DNA of 64,000 nucleotides from a virus. Positions within the stretch are counted from its first letter, which is position 1. Each line of letters starts with the position of its first letter. Where the stretch lies: the IMG/VR virus record IMGVR_UViG_3300041964_000083, positions 32,001 through 96,000 of that record; one strand, written 5' to 3'. The translations under genes and the position numbers were made by a program. A model generated the notes under the pieces. It made no database searches. It saw only the letters and a list, made by a program, of their open reading frames with translations, and was not told the origin of the DNA. Shown here in pieces: positions 8,742-18,409 of the stretch.

Positions 8742-10553
8742 TTACGAGTAAAATTCAATTTCCGCTATATTCCCGTAACCGCGTTCAGGGGAAACGTATC
8801 GTCCGTATTGAGCTGAAACATTTACCTCCACTTCTTGCCAATCTCTTGTGTTAATTCCAGTCGGAACTGTGTGAGCATTTACGTAGTTGATTCCATCCGA
8901 CGAAAATTCAAATCGACCACCTATGATGCGATCAGCTGTTGTATCATTTTCTCGTCGAGCAAGGTAGCGGATTTTTCGTACTTGCTTAACGCTTCCAAAA
9001 TTTAAACCGCAAATAGCACCGCTGGACGTATTTGAGTCAAAGAAAGTCTCTGGATTTCCATCAAAAACGGAAGCATAGCTGTTTTGCGGGTTGTTACCAT
9101 GAAACCCTTCGGTTCCGAAAGGTGTACCCGTTATTTTTACTCCTGTAGCTTGTTGTACAGTTTGTGCAGATTGTACAGGTGGAGGTGGTGTAGGCGTCGA
9201 ACCTAGCCTGAATCCCTTATGAAACCAAGCCTCAAAACTATCATTCGGAACGGGTCCCTCACCAGGTTGAGGACTAGCCGGATTGGCAGGCTCACGAGTA
9301 TAGAACTTCAAGATAGACTGTGTCCCGGGGTAAGAGATTTCCGGTTTACGAACGGATTGATAAGGTGCTAGAGCTTCGCTTAATTCTGTTAAGCGGAAGT
9401 CACGCTCTCCTAATTCGATGGTGAAAGTTGTAGTAATTATGTTGTAGTTAACTGCTGCTCCAGTATTCGGATCGGTTCCAGAAACAGGGATACTGGCAAC
9501 CACTCGATTTGTTAAAGTTTTAATCGGGTTGTACCGCTGGAACAACGCTAAGAAAGCTGCTTCAGCTTCGGTTAACGTTGTTTTGGTTGCAACTTCTGTT
9601 TGTAATCCTTGAATCGCCGTATTTTGAGCTTCGTTAACTTGTTGTACGCCAGCAATGGCTGTATTTTGAGCTTCGTTAACCTGCTCAATCTGGGTAACCT
9701 GAGAATTAAGAGAGGAAATTTCCGCGTCTTGTGCCAAATCTTTGGCTTGAATAGATGCGATTGACTGCTGCTGACTCTCGTTAAGCTGCTGAACGCTTGT
9801 AACATCATCTCGCAACGTATCCAAGTTGCGGTCAACACCATTTCTCCAATCGATAAAAGCTTGAGAGAAATCGAGCGAGTTTACGCCATCAATTGACAAA
9901 ACCCTGAAAAATTCAGAATTAACGTGTGCAGTCAGTCGATTTGCGGTTAGCGTTAGAAAAGTGGCGGGGTTAACACCTAAGTCTTGAACCCGACCAAAAG
10001 GCTGTAGAGGAAGCGCTGTAGCGGTAGGCTCGTCGCTGACGTACCAATGAGAATTAGCAGCTGTACCCGCATCAACAAAAATTAACTGACCGTTTTGGAA
10101 GGCGTCAGTTGTTGGGAATCTAGGGTCGCGGCTTCCATTTGGTAGATAGATCCCATTGTCGGCGGGGTTTGCGGGGTCATAGACCAAAATTAAATTGCTG
10201 TAGCCATCGGTTGCTGCCGGATCGATTCCTGGCACGGTTGGGGCAACTTCTTCCGCAGAACCAACCATTGCACTAACAACAATGCGATCGCGTACTCCCT
10301 CAACTGCTGCGGTTAGTCGTTGATTAACTTGGTTAATAGCTTGTTGCAGCTGGGCATTAAGTGCGTCGTCCCCAGCGCGTTGAGTAGCTTCAGCATTAAC
10401 AATTAAATTAGTAAGGCTTCCTTTTAACTGTTCAAGTTGGATAACCGCAACTTGATCGCTTGGGGCAATACCGGAATTAATTCGTGAAGGGGGTGTTCCT
10501 GTCAGAATTGAGCCTGTGTACTCGATTTGGCGTCCTTCAAAAACTTGCACCAT
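8742..10553 (-). CDS. Fibre-like protein: coiled-coil shaft plus C-terminal discoidin (F5/8 type C)-like domain
   Basis: QVNEAQNTAI repeats; VFDGNPETF, LNFG, FSSDG, YGRY, IAEIEFY. Confidence 0.65.
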   Translation of the reverse strand: MVQVFEGRQIEYTGSILTGTPPSRINSGIAPSDQVAVIQLEQLKGSLTNLIVNAEATQRAGDDALNAQLQQAINQVNQRLTAAVEGVRDRIVVSAMVGSAEEVAPTVPGIDPAATDGYSNLILVYDPANPADNGIYLPNGSRDPRFPTTDAFQNGQLIFVDAGTAANSHWYVSDEPTATALPLQPFGRVQDLGVNPATFLTLTANRLTAHVNSEFFRVLSIDGVNSLDFSQAFIDWRNGVDRNLDTLRDDVTSVQQLNESQQQSIASIQAKDLAQDAEISSLNSQVTQIEQVNEAQNTAIAGVQQVNEAQNTAIQGLQTEVATKTTLTEAEAAFLALFQRYNPIKTLTNRVVASIPVSGTDPNTGAAVNYNIITTTFTIELGERDFRLTELSEALAPYQSVRKPEISYPGTQSILKFYTREPANPASPQPGEGPVPNDSFEAWFHKGFRLGSTPTPPPPVQSAQTVQQATGVKITGTPFGTEGFHGNNPQNSYASVFDGNPETFFDSNTSSGAICGLNFGSVKQVRKIRYLARRENDTTADRIIGGRFEFSSDGINYVNAHTVPTGINTRDWQEVEVNVSAQYGRYVSPERGYGNIAEIEFYS

Positions 10554-10607
10554 TCTTTTTCCTTGCCTTAAATTTGCTAATGTCTGTCACCATCCTAGAG
10601 TTGTAAT

Positions 10608-10946
10608 GTGGTTAAAATTAAGTATGTTAAAAAATACTGCATTATGCTCTCAAATGTGCAGCCTACAAGCGTTCTAGCCGCATCAAAAAAGAAAGGGCGT
10701 CCAAAAAAGTCTCCAGAAAAAATAGCAATAGAGACTTTAGGACGCAAAATCAAGAGACGACGTGAAGCAAAAAGAATGAGCAAATCTCAACTAGCTCAAG
10801 AAGCCGGACACGGTTTGTATCGACAAGCAATTGATAAAATAGAGCGCGGTAAACAGCTACCTTCTATTTTTCAGTTAGTCGCGATCGCAAAAAAATTAGA
10901 CGCTGACCTTCTCCATTGGTTAAGTATTTTCGACTCTGTTAATTAA
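10608..10946 (+). CDS. XRE-family HTH regulator
   Basis: LGRKIKRRREAKRMSKSQLA...IDKIERGKQLPSI; KKGRPKK AT-hook-like motif. Confidence 0.85.
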   Translation: MVKIKYVKKYCIMLSNVQPTSVLAASKKKGRPKKSPEKIAIETLGRKIKRRREAKRMSKSQLAQEAGHGLYRQAIDKIERGKQLPSIFQLVAIAKKLDADLLHWLSIFDSVN

Positions 10947-11272
10947 GGTTGAGCTATGATGCAGACTTCAAATATACCTTTTGCAATAGGTTCGCCTTTT
11001 GACCAAAATTGACACTCTAGATAATCACCTCGAACACAAACAGCCTTAACGCTTACCTCTGCTTGACTTTCGGAATAAGAAGCGGTTTCCCTAAATGGTC
11101 CCCATTGGAATCGATTATCCCCCAATCCGGTGGGGACTCGAAAAGTTGTGACTATGAATTCACCCGATGACACTTCGGTTTTGTTTATTAAAGGTAGCCA
11201 TTCGGGATAACCAATTCTAAGCTTAAGTTGTCCTCGTCGTGGGTGTCGTCCTGGTGAAAGTGAAGTTGTCAT
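10943..11272 (-). CDS. Hypothetical protein
   Basis: Coupled to 11269..11733. Confidence 0.55.
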   Translation of the reverse strand: MTTSLSPGRHPRRGQLKLRIGYPEWLPLINKTEVSSGEFIVTTFRVPTGLGDNRFQWGPFRETASYSESQAEVSVKAVCVRGDYLECQFWSKGEPIAKGIFEVCIIAQP

Positions 11273-11733
11273 CTTTCTTCATCGACTATAAAGCTGATTT
11301 GAAAGGGTTGTCCTTTTGGGTCATAACTGGTGCTGACAAGATAATTTCCATCGGTAGCCGCTGCTGAAACAATGGCATCAGGCTTTAGAGGTTGTCCATC
11401 TACTTCTCCTACATCATCTCCATCATTTTTAATTGAAAAAGCTGATATCCCATAAGGCGTCTCTCCTGGTTCTTGGGTTGTAATAATCTCAAGGCGTTGT
11501 GCTTTTTTTTGGGTTAGACTACTAACACTTCCACCTGTTGAAGTACTACGACTGTTATTCCACAGCAATCGTAATACCAGTTTTTGCCAATCAGACAGCA
11601 GCGTTTCTTTCCACCCGCTAGGCGTCCAATATTTTAAATACGCGATCGCCTCTTCTGGCAAGGGTGCAACAAGCTTATCTAATTGAGCTGTTATTTTTTC
11701 GCGGTTTGGGTTGGCAACCATAATACTACTCAA
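11269..11733 (-). CDS. Hypothetical protein
   Basis: First gene of the leftward operon. Confidence 0.55.
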   Translation of the reverse strand: MSSIMVANPNREKITAQLDKLVAPLPEEAIAYLKYWTPSGWKETLLSDWQKLVLRLLWNNSRSTSTGGSVSSLTQKKAQRLEIITTQEPGETPYGISAFSIKNDGDDVGEVDGQPLKPDAIVSAAATDGNYLVSTSYDPKGQPFQISFIVDEER

Positions 11734-11795
11734 AATTGAATCAAAAATATATTGAAGCGACTTATACGATTAAGTTGGGGTTTCTCCTCAATTTT

Positions 11796-12224
11796 ATGCC
11801 CAAAACTCTATCTGAGCATTATAAAAGTTACGATCACGCAACATCCCAAAAAATGACTGAACACAACAAGTCTGGTGGAGATGTTCGCAAGCCCGTGCGG
11901 AAGGTCGGCAACGCATCAACGCAAGGTAAATATGATCGCGCAAAATTTAATCATCGCAAAGCTATGCAAATTCTCAAGCGTGGCGACCCGTTAACTGATA
12001 AAGATGGGATGCCAACTCCTGCGGCTATGCAATTTAAGCGATGGGCAGAGAAGGTTCCGAAAACAATGGAAGACGTAAAGGGAATACGCGATCGCGCCGA
12101 GAAACAAAAAGCCTCCTACAGTAAAAAACTAGGTAAGGGTGATTGTGGCGGAACGTGTGCTTGCAATAGCTGCTCTGGGCGTAGTGACGCTTATTTAGCT
12201 GGATTTTGGAGCGTGTCTCGATGA
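11796..12224 (+). CDS. Basic phage protein (DUF6321-like) ending in CGGTCACNSC-RSDAYLAGF
   Basis: KPV...PLTDKDGMPT...KRW pattern; shares the SDAY motif with the cargo family. Confidence 0.55.
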   Translation: MPKTLSEHYKSYDHATSQKMTEHNKSGGDVRKPVRKVGNASTQGKYDRAKFNHRKAMQILKRGDPLTDKDGMPTPAAMQFKRWAEKVPKTMEDVKGIRDRAEKQKASYSKKLGKGDCGGTCACNSCSGRSDAYLAGFWSVSR

Positions 12225-13399
12225 TTAATCGTTGGTTTCAAGAACAAATACTTGCGTACCTCGACCCAGATAATGCCAAGGCACTGGCACGATTAGATAG
12301 CAAAAGCCTTGAAGAGGAGTTTCAAACGGTTGTTCAACTCCTTGTTGATGCTCCTGATGACATCCGAATAGATGATGGGGTTGAGCCAACTGAAACATTG
12401 GTTGAGCAGATAAGCGATCGCGTAACATCCACGGTTATTAATCTGTTTGCGCCAGTTCTCGCCAAAATTGAATCCAAGTTATCTAGATCTGACAACGAAA
12501 CGTTGTCAACTGAAGAACTATTACCTGCAATTACCCGATCAGATGCTAACGTTCCTATTAAACGTGTAGTCAAACATCAAGGATTTGAGATTGGCATTAC
12601 GCACGAGAAGGATGCCATACGTTTCCCTTACTCGTTACCCCTATCGGCTGGGTATGGGCATATTCGACGCTCATACGGCGCAGCCGAGGACAAGAAGGCT
12701 ATCGATGTGTACTGGGGTGGGGATGAATCGGCTACAGATGTATATAGAGTGCGCCAACTCAACCCTGATACAGGGTTTGTAGCAGAACACGACTACTTCA
12801 TGGGGTTTGGTGGAGAAGATGCTCCTAAAGCGATTAGGGAGCTATATCTTCGACATTTAGGACAAAAGCGGTTTGGTGGGTTAGAGAAAGTAGATTTATC
12901 TCAGATTACCCAATATCAAGATAAACCATCAGAAGTGATTCCAGAAGGACATCATTGGGTAAAAAACGATAACGTCGTGGGTGGTGGTTACATCCGACGA
13001 AATTGGCGAGAACAAAAAAAAACTGACAACGATGCGTTGTTAACCGATTGGGATAATCTTCGCTACGATTCTCCAAATCAAGATGATTGGGATGATTCAG
13101 ACTACATAATTGACCACACAATGCAGCAATCGGGCAAAGTGTTCAATCGTTGGCTATCTAAGATTCAAGACTGGGTGGGCGAACAAGGAAGTTTAGAGAA
13201 TGCACGCGATCGCATTCATGAACTTTACCAACACCTTGACGGAAAACAACTCGCCCAAGTTTTAGAGCAAGGAATGACATTAGCAGATTTGAGCGGACGT
13301 TTAGCTGTGGTAACCGAAAGTGCCGAAGACGAAGAAGAAGCCAACACTGGCGCAGAAGAAGAAAGTCAAGACCGTGATGCATCGATGGAAAGAGGGTAA
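12221..13399 (+). CDS. Head-region protein with InPase-like domain and Mu gp29-like C-terminal helices
   Basis: YGHIRRSYG..D..IDVY..VYRVRQ..G..EH..MGF; SLENARDRIHELYQHLD..LAQVLEQGMTLADLSGR. Confidence 0.6.
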   Translation: MINRWFQEQILAYLDPDNAKALARLDSKSLEEEFQTVVQLLVDAPDDIRIDDGVEPTETLVEQISDRVTSTVINLFAPVLAKIESKLSRSDNETLSTEELLPAITRSDANVPIKRVVKHQGFEIGITHEKDAIRFPYSLPLSAGYGHIRRSYGAAEDKKAIDVYWGGDESATDVYRVRQLNPDTGFVAEHDYFMGFGGEDAPKAIRELYLRHLGQKRFGGLEKVDLSQITQYQDKPSEVIPEGHHWVKNDNVVGGGYIRRNWREQKKTDNDALLTDWDNLRYDSPNQDDWDDSDYIIDHTMQQSGKVFNRWLSKIQDWVGEQGSLENARDRIHELYQHLDGKQLAQVLEQGMTLADLSGRLAVVTESAEDEEEANTGAEEESQDRDASMERG

Positions 13400-15062
13400 G
13401 CTTCATGTCGGCAAGTCTGACAAAATCGTGACTTCACAAAAACAGGCGGTCGTGATCGCGTTAAATCAATCGGGGTTATCCAATCGCAAAAAAAAGGCTC
13501 ATAGAAAAGATGCTGATAATGCTATTAATATCAGTCTTGCGCTCAAGCGAATTATTGGTTCGGTATATCGCGATGGTGTAGACGCAGTTCTTTCTTATGA
13601 TACGGATGCGACAGGTGGGATATCAGGGTTATTCCGTGATGGTCGTGAAGTATTTGATTACAGTATTGCCCCAACCGGACAAATCATGTATGTTGAAGTT
13701 GCTGATGCGAGACGGGATGCTTACCTAGAAGGGTTTTATCTGGCAGGGCGAGTACCTGATTGCAGCATTAGTAATACGTATACAAAATCAGTTTTAGAGA
13801 CAGAGCTAACACGAATAGATACTAAAAAATCACGCAAATGTAGTAGTGGTAAGTCTTGTGGCGGTAGTTGTATCGCTAAAGGTTTTAGGTGTGTTCAACA
13901 ACTTGGTCAAGGCGAACAACTTGCAGTTAAACGAATATCTCAAACTATAAAAGCCCAAAAAAGCAAAAAACAATCTCCGTTAGATACATTGAAACGTCAT
14001 GCACCAATTCTTGCTGGGATTGCAGGCGCAGGGTTGTTAGGTGCTGCGGCAGTAGGAGTCGCAATGGCAAACCAAGGCAAGCCATCTCCTACAACTACGC
14101 CTGTTAAACCTAAAGAGTATTCACCTACAACTCCTGCACAAAATCCGACATCACAACCCAAGCCACAAGCACCAGCAACAAAAAAACAATCCGGTGTAGC
14201 TGACCCGTGGGATGGACCAGAACCCGATCCTTGGGAAGGGCAAGTCACGCCAAGACCAGATACACCTCAACCTAAAACAACTCCCAAAATTACACCAGGC
14301 GCTACACCACAATTAGTACCATCACCACAACCAAAACCCCAAAACGAGGAATTTCTTCGGGAATCCACAGCTAGTGAGGCTGAAGCTGCTAAAAACACGT
14401 TACTTAATAAAAATACCGGATATAAACTTAATGAAGCTCTGGATATCCAAGGATTTGATAGCGATACAGCAAGCAAGCTAAACCATACTGTTAATCAAAT
14501 TCATAAAACAGTAAATATTCCTAATTTGTCCAAAATCCCTGTTCAGCCGTCTACGGATGGTAAAGACGACGGTAATTATTATTCTGCAACTTGTACTGAC
14601 GGTAAAACAGGTGCGTTTTTAGGACGAGTACCATTAAAGATTGAACTAGATCCAAACGGTAATCGCAAAGAATCAGCGCTTGTTCACGAAGTTGGACATT
14701 TTATTCACCATTCTGCAATTGGCGATCCTAAAGAAGGGTATAAGGGCAAAATAAAGCCTGAAATGCAAGAGTTATTTAATGCTGTAAACAAGACAAATGC
14801 TGTAAAAAAACTCGATAAGTTAGTACGTACTGCTCGAAACCAAGATATTCGTGAGCGGGCAAATTATCTCAACCAACCAGAAGAATTGTTTGCTCGTGCT
14901 TTTACTCAATACATTGCTAAAAAATCTGGTTCTAAGATATTACAAGTGCAAGTCAAGATGGGGCAAAAAGGCAAAGCCGTTGAATACTGGGATGATCGCG
15001 AATTTAGTCGTACTGTAGAACCTGCAATGGATAAATTTGCTAAAGATATGGGATGGAGATAA
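13320..15062 (+). CDS. Cys4-module protein with zincin metallopeptidase payload
   Basis: DUF6496-like N-terminus, shared domain A, Cys4 motif at 13839, TM, Pro-rich linker, HEVGH and EELFARAF. Confidence 0.75.
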   Translation: MPKTKKKPTLAQKKKVKTVMHRWKEGKLHVGKSDKIVTSQKQAVVIALNQSGLSNRKKKAHRKDADNAINISLALKRIIGSVYRDGVDAVLSYDTDATGGISGLFRDGREVFDYSIAPTGQIMYVEVADARRDAYLEGFYLAGRVPDCSISNTYTKSVLETELTRIDTKKSRKCSSGKSCGGSCIAKGFRCVQQLGQGEQLAVKRISQTIKAQKSKKQSPLDTLKRHAPILAGIAGAGLLGAAAVGVAMANQGKPSPTTTPVKPKEYSPTTPAQNPTSQPKPQAPATKKQSGVADPWDGPEPDPWEGQVTPRPDTPQPKTTPKITPGATPQLVPSPQPKPQNEEFLRESTASEAEAAKNTLLNKNTGYKLNEALDIQGFDSDTASKLNHTVNQIHKTVNIPNLSKIPVQPSTDGKDDGNYYSATCTDGKTGAFLGRVPLKIELDPNGNRKESALVHEVGHFIHHSAIGDPKEGYKGKIKPEMQELFNAVNKTNAVKKLDKLVRTARNQDIRERANYLNQPEELFARAFTQYIAKKSGSKILQVQVKMGQKGKAVEYWDDREFSRTVEPAMDKFAKDMGWR

Positions 15063-15307
15063 TGTTTAACTCTATAGAACAGATACAACAAGATTATAAA
15101 ATTGGTGTTGGAACCGCCAGTTTTCTTTATACGCTTGGGTACATACCAGCGCTTGAACGTTTTCCTAAATCAATCCCGATAGAAGATTTAGTAAGTATTT
15201 TTCAAAAAGAAGAGACATTAACTCCAGAAGAATCCCAGCTTATGGTGCGATGGAATAGAGGTGATATTCATCGCAGTCGTGCTGTCAATGTGCTTGTGGA
15301 GGTTTAG
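15062..15307 (+). CDS. Small protein coupled to the zincin gene
   Basis: TAATG stop/start overlap. Confidence 0.55.
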   Translation: MFNSIEQIQQDYKIGVGTASFLYTLGYIPALERFPKSIPIEDLVSIFQKEETLTPEESQLMVRWNRGDIHRSRAVNVLVEV

Positions 15308-15312
15308 ATATT

Positions 15313-16203
15313 ATGACAAGTTCAGCTTACTATCAGAGTTTTGTTGAAACAACTAATAGGGTGAGACGCGATCGCATTAAAGAACGTACTGGTCGTGTGC
15401 GTTTTACAAAAGCAAAGTGCAAAAAAGGTAAGCCTTGTGGCGATATCTGCATACCTCAAAAAGCTAAATGTAATGAAGGAAATGTTCGCCCACCTAAATC
15501 ACAAGCAAATAGCATAGCCGCAAATGCTATTAGGGGTGCGGTGGCGGTAGCTGGTTTGGCTTTAGGGGCTAAAATGATTCAAGATATACAAAAAGAAGGC
15601 GAAGAAATAAAACAAGCTAAAGAAAAAGTAGCTGCTGCTGGCAAGTACAACGAAAATTTAAATAATTGGAATAAAAAATATGCAGGTAAACAATATACCG
15701 AGTTCACAACAGAAGAATGGGAACAAGCCCGTGATGAGTTTCAAAAGAATCGAGAAGAATTTAAGCGCAAAGCTGGCTTTGACCCAGATCCAGGATTTGA
15801 TGACCGATGGAAACAATCTGTAGGTTCAGGAAAACACAAACCAGATCCCGTCAAAAACGAACAAGGTAAAGCTTATTATGACGTGTTAGGTGTGCCTAAA
15901 AATGCGTCACCTCAACAAATCAAAGCGGCTTACCGCAAGCTTGCAGCACAGCTTCATCCGGATAATCGTGAAACAGGCAACCCAGATAAGTTCAGAGAAG
16001 CGACTGAAGCTTATGAAAAAGCTCAAGCACACAAAGGTTCTGCAAGAGGCAAAGGTAATCGCAAGGATAGCGTTTGGGACGACATTGAATCTGCTTATAA
16101 TGAGGCAATAGCACAACATCCAGCAATGCCCAGTAGCTACTGGTACAACTTTTCAACATACGACCCATACAACGCTTGGCGTAAGCCACTTGATTTGCTA
16201 TGA
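15313..16203 (+). CDS. Cys4-module protein with J-domain payload
   Basis: Cys4 at 15418, TM, YYDVLGV...AYRKLA..LHPD...EAYE. Confidence 0.8.
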   Translation: MTSSAYYQSFVETTNRVRRDRIKERTGRVRFTKAKCKKGKPCGDICIPQKAKCNEGNVRPPKSQANSIAANAIRGAVAVAGLALGAKMIQDIQKEGEEIKQAKEKVAAAGKYNENLNNWNKKYAGKQYTEFTTEEWEQARDEFQKNREEFKRKAGFDPDPGFDDRWKQSVGSGKHKPDPVKNEQGKAYYDVLGVPKNASPQQIKAAYRKLAAQLHPDNRETGNPDKFREATEAYEKAQAHKGSARGKGNRKDSVWDDIESAYNEAIAQHPAMPSSYWYNFSTYDPYNAWRKPLDLL

Positions 16204-16550
16204 ATAGTGCCGCTTATTACACCAGTTTTATTCAGACAACTGCTAGGGTAAGACGTGATCGTGCCTTACGTGCTAAACCCAAATGTAAACCCGGAAATAA
16301 ACCTTGTGGGCAACGCTGCATCCCACAAGAAGACATATGTCGTCAAAATAGCGCGGGTATGCGAGGAGCTATTCCTGCTGCACTAGCAGCTACGGCTGTC
16401 CTAGCAACAGCTGGAACTTTGTATGCTAAAAACAAGCAACGCCAAAAAAGTCAAACTGAAGATAAAGAACTTGACGAAGGATGGAACCGTCTAGGACATG
16501 AAAGTACTGAAATTTTGAGAAGAGTGCAAGGAAAAAAGAAAAGAAGCTAG
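16200..16550 (+). CDS. Minimal Cys4-module protein
   Basis: N-terminus paralogous to 15313; Cys4 at 16284; TM; short tail. Confidence 0.75.
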   Translation: MNSAAYYTSFIQTTARVRRDRALRAKPKCKPGNKPCGQRCIPQEDICRQNSAGMRGAIPAALAATAVLATAGTLYAKNKQRQKSQTEDKELDEGWNRLGHESTEILRRVQGKKKRS

Positions 16551-16568
16551 TTTTGAGTTATCTTTACA

Positions 16569-17318
16569 GTGCCAAAGCGACCAGAATATTTAAACCAACC
16601 ATTTCAGGAAGCAATTGATTACTTTAAAGACAAAGTACCTTTTCCAACGCAACGTGGGCAGAAAGTGCCTGAAGGTTTCCACGACCACGCTTTCACTATC
16701 ACAGGACTTACCAAAGGCAGTTTACTAGAAGATGCCAAGTGGCTTATTGAACGGGCAATGGAAGACGGTACAGGACTAGACGACTTCACCCGTCAATTTA
16801 ATCGCTTAATTGGGCGCAAGGGATGGCAACCTGGTGATCGCCGCATTCAAACTATTTTTGACACTAATATTCGTCGCAGTTATAGTGCAGGACGGCGTGA
16901 GCAAATGCTTGACCCCGACATAGCTGATCGTCGTCCGGGTTGGATGTGGATTCATAGGACGCCAGGGAAAGAAGAAGGTGGAACACCCAGACTACACCAC
17001 CAAGCGTTGCATCGCAAAGTATTTAGGAATACTGAGACATTTTGGGATAAAGCCTTTGCTCCCTGCGGATTTGGCTGTCGCTGTACTGTTATGACGTTAA
17101 GCGAGAAACAAATGGAACGCATGGGTGTTACGTATGAAACTCCACCTAATCCTAATACCATTGCAGAACCTGGGTTTAGGAGTGCCGCAGGTTCATCGCC
17201 TAAAGAATCGCGACAACAAATCCTAAAAGACGGATTAACGGGTCTTTCTCCTAGCATTAGAGAAGTGGTGGAAAAAGACCTTAGCGCCAAAGGAGTTTTG
17301 GACGATGGTAACGATTAG
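16569..17318 (+). CDS. Phage Mu F-like minor head protein (short form)
   Basis: PFQEAIDYF, AFTITG, RIQTIFDTNIRRSYSAGR, R.HH, FW....PCGFGCRC. Confidence 0.9.
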   Translation: MPKRPEYLNQPFQEAIDYFKDKVPFPTQRGQKVPEGFHDHAFTITGLTKGSLLEDAKWLIERAMEDGTGLDDFTRQFNRLIGRKGWQPGDRRIQTIFDTNIRRSYSAGRREQMLDPDIADRRPGWMWIHRTPGKEEGGTPRLHHQALHRKVFRNTETFWDKAFAPCGFGCRCTVMTLSEKQMERMGVTYETPPNPNTIAEPGFRSAAGSSPKESRQQILKDGLTGLSPSIREVVEKDLSAKGVLDDGND

Positions 17319-17760
17319 TGCTGCAATAAGCGATCGCGAACTCAAAGATAAACTTACCCAACTTCAGCAGGTTACAGCCGATTTAGGTAAACTCAAGCTT
17401 GTTGTAGGAACTCCTATCAAATACATGAAACAGCATCAGTTAGGTACAAATGGAATGACAAAACGAGAGTTTTTGGGGATTAGTCGAACTGATCGCCAAG
17501 AAATAATTGAAATTTTTGATGATGCTATAGCCGAGCCTGTACCAAGAGGTGCTGAAATTGCTTTACGTGAATGCGGTGAAACGTTACTCCTAAGTATAGA
17601 TACCCGTTGGGATAGAGAAATTGCGCCAGATGGTACACCTTGGAAGAAAAACACACCTTACACAAGAAGGTTAAAAAAAGCCAAAGGACGAATACTAAAA
17701 ACATTGCAATCTACAGGTCTAGCACGCGCAAGCATTAACTACCAAATCATTCGTGAGTAA
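17305..17760 (+). CDS. Mu gpG / phage virion morphogenesis-like protein with rearranged motif order
   Basis: VGT..Y..HQLG...REFLGIS and PDGTPW...LQSTG..SI motifs; directly after MuF. Confidence 0.75.
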   Translation: MVTISAAISDRELKDKLTQLQQVTADLGKLKLVVGTPIKYMKQHQLGTNGMTKREFLGISRTDRQEIIEIFDDAIAEPVPRGAEIALRECGETLLLSIDTRWDREIAPDGTPWKKNTPYTRRLKKAKGRILKTLQSTGLARASINYQIIRE

Positions 17761-18282
17761 GTCACAAAGAGCATCATCTAACTGCTTAAATTCCTCACAC
17801 TCTCGCAGTATTCGTGCGATCGCCCACACCTCAAGCAAATAAATTCGGACGAAGCCTGATTCAATTCGCCACAACAAAGCAGCGTCTATTCCTGTTCGTC
17901 TTGACAGTTCGTTTCTATTTATTCCAACGTTCAGTCTAGACTTGCAAATTAAAACACCTGTTTGTTTATGGATATCACGAGTTCCGTGATTTCCTTTGGG
18001 AAAATGTGTATCTAAAACTAATTTAAGCTGTGCAATTTCAGGTGAATACACACTAAACAGGCTAGCAATATCCTTGACTTCAAATAAATCTAATTTTCTG
18101 ATTCCATGTTCTATATATTCAACGCTAGTGCGATTTAGGTTAATTAATTCCCCTAGTTTTTCTTGCGTAATTATGTTTCGATGATTACGCCGACGCAGGT
18201 TATAGATAATTTTCCCCAATGCTTTATATGGGTTCACACCTAAATAGGATATATTTTTTTCTGAGATTTTACGCTGCATCAC
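17719..18282 (-). CDS. Tandem XRE HTH protein
   Basis: ITQEKLGELINLNRTSVEYIEHG and INRNELSRRTGIDAALLWRIESG. Confidence 0.8.
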   Translation of the reverse strand: MMQRKISEKNISYLGVNPYKALGKIIYNLRRRNHRNIITQEKLGELINLNRTSVEYIEHGIRKLDLFEVKDIASLFSVYSPEIAQLKLVLDTHFPKGNHGTRDIHKQTGVLICKSRLNVGINRNELSRRTGIDAALLWRIESGFVRIYLLEVWAIARILRECEEFKQLDDALCDLLTNDLVVNACAC

Positions 18283-18409
18283 AGTTCAACTACTAATACC
18301 CATCCTCACTTTAATTCGATAAAACCTGCTTAAGTGATGCAAAACTGAGTAGTTCCACCAATTTGCTTGTTGAAATCTTTAGTATTTAGCTAGCGATTTT
18401 ATAAGTATT

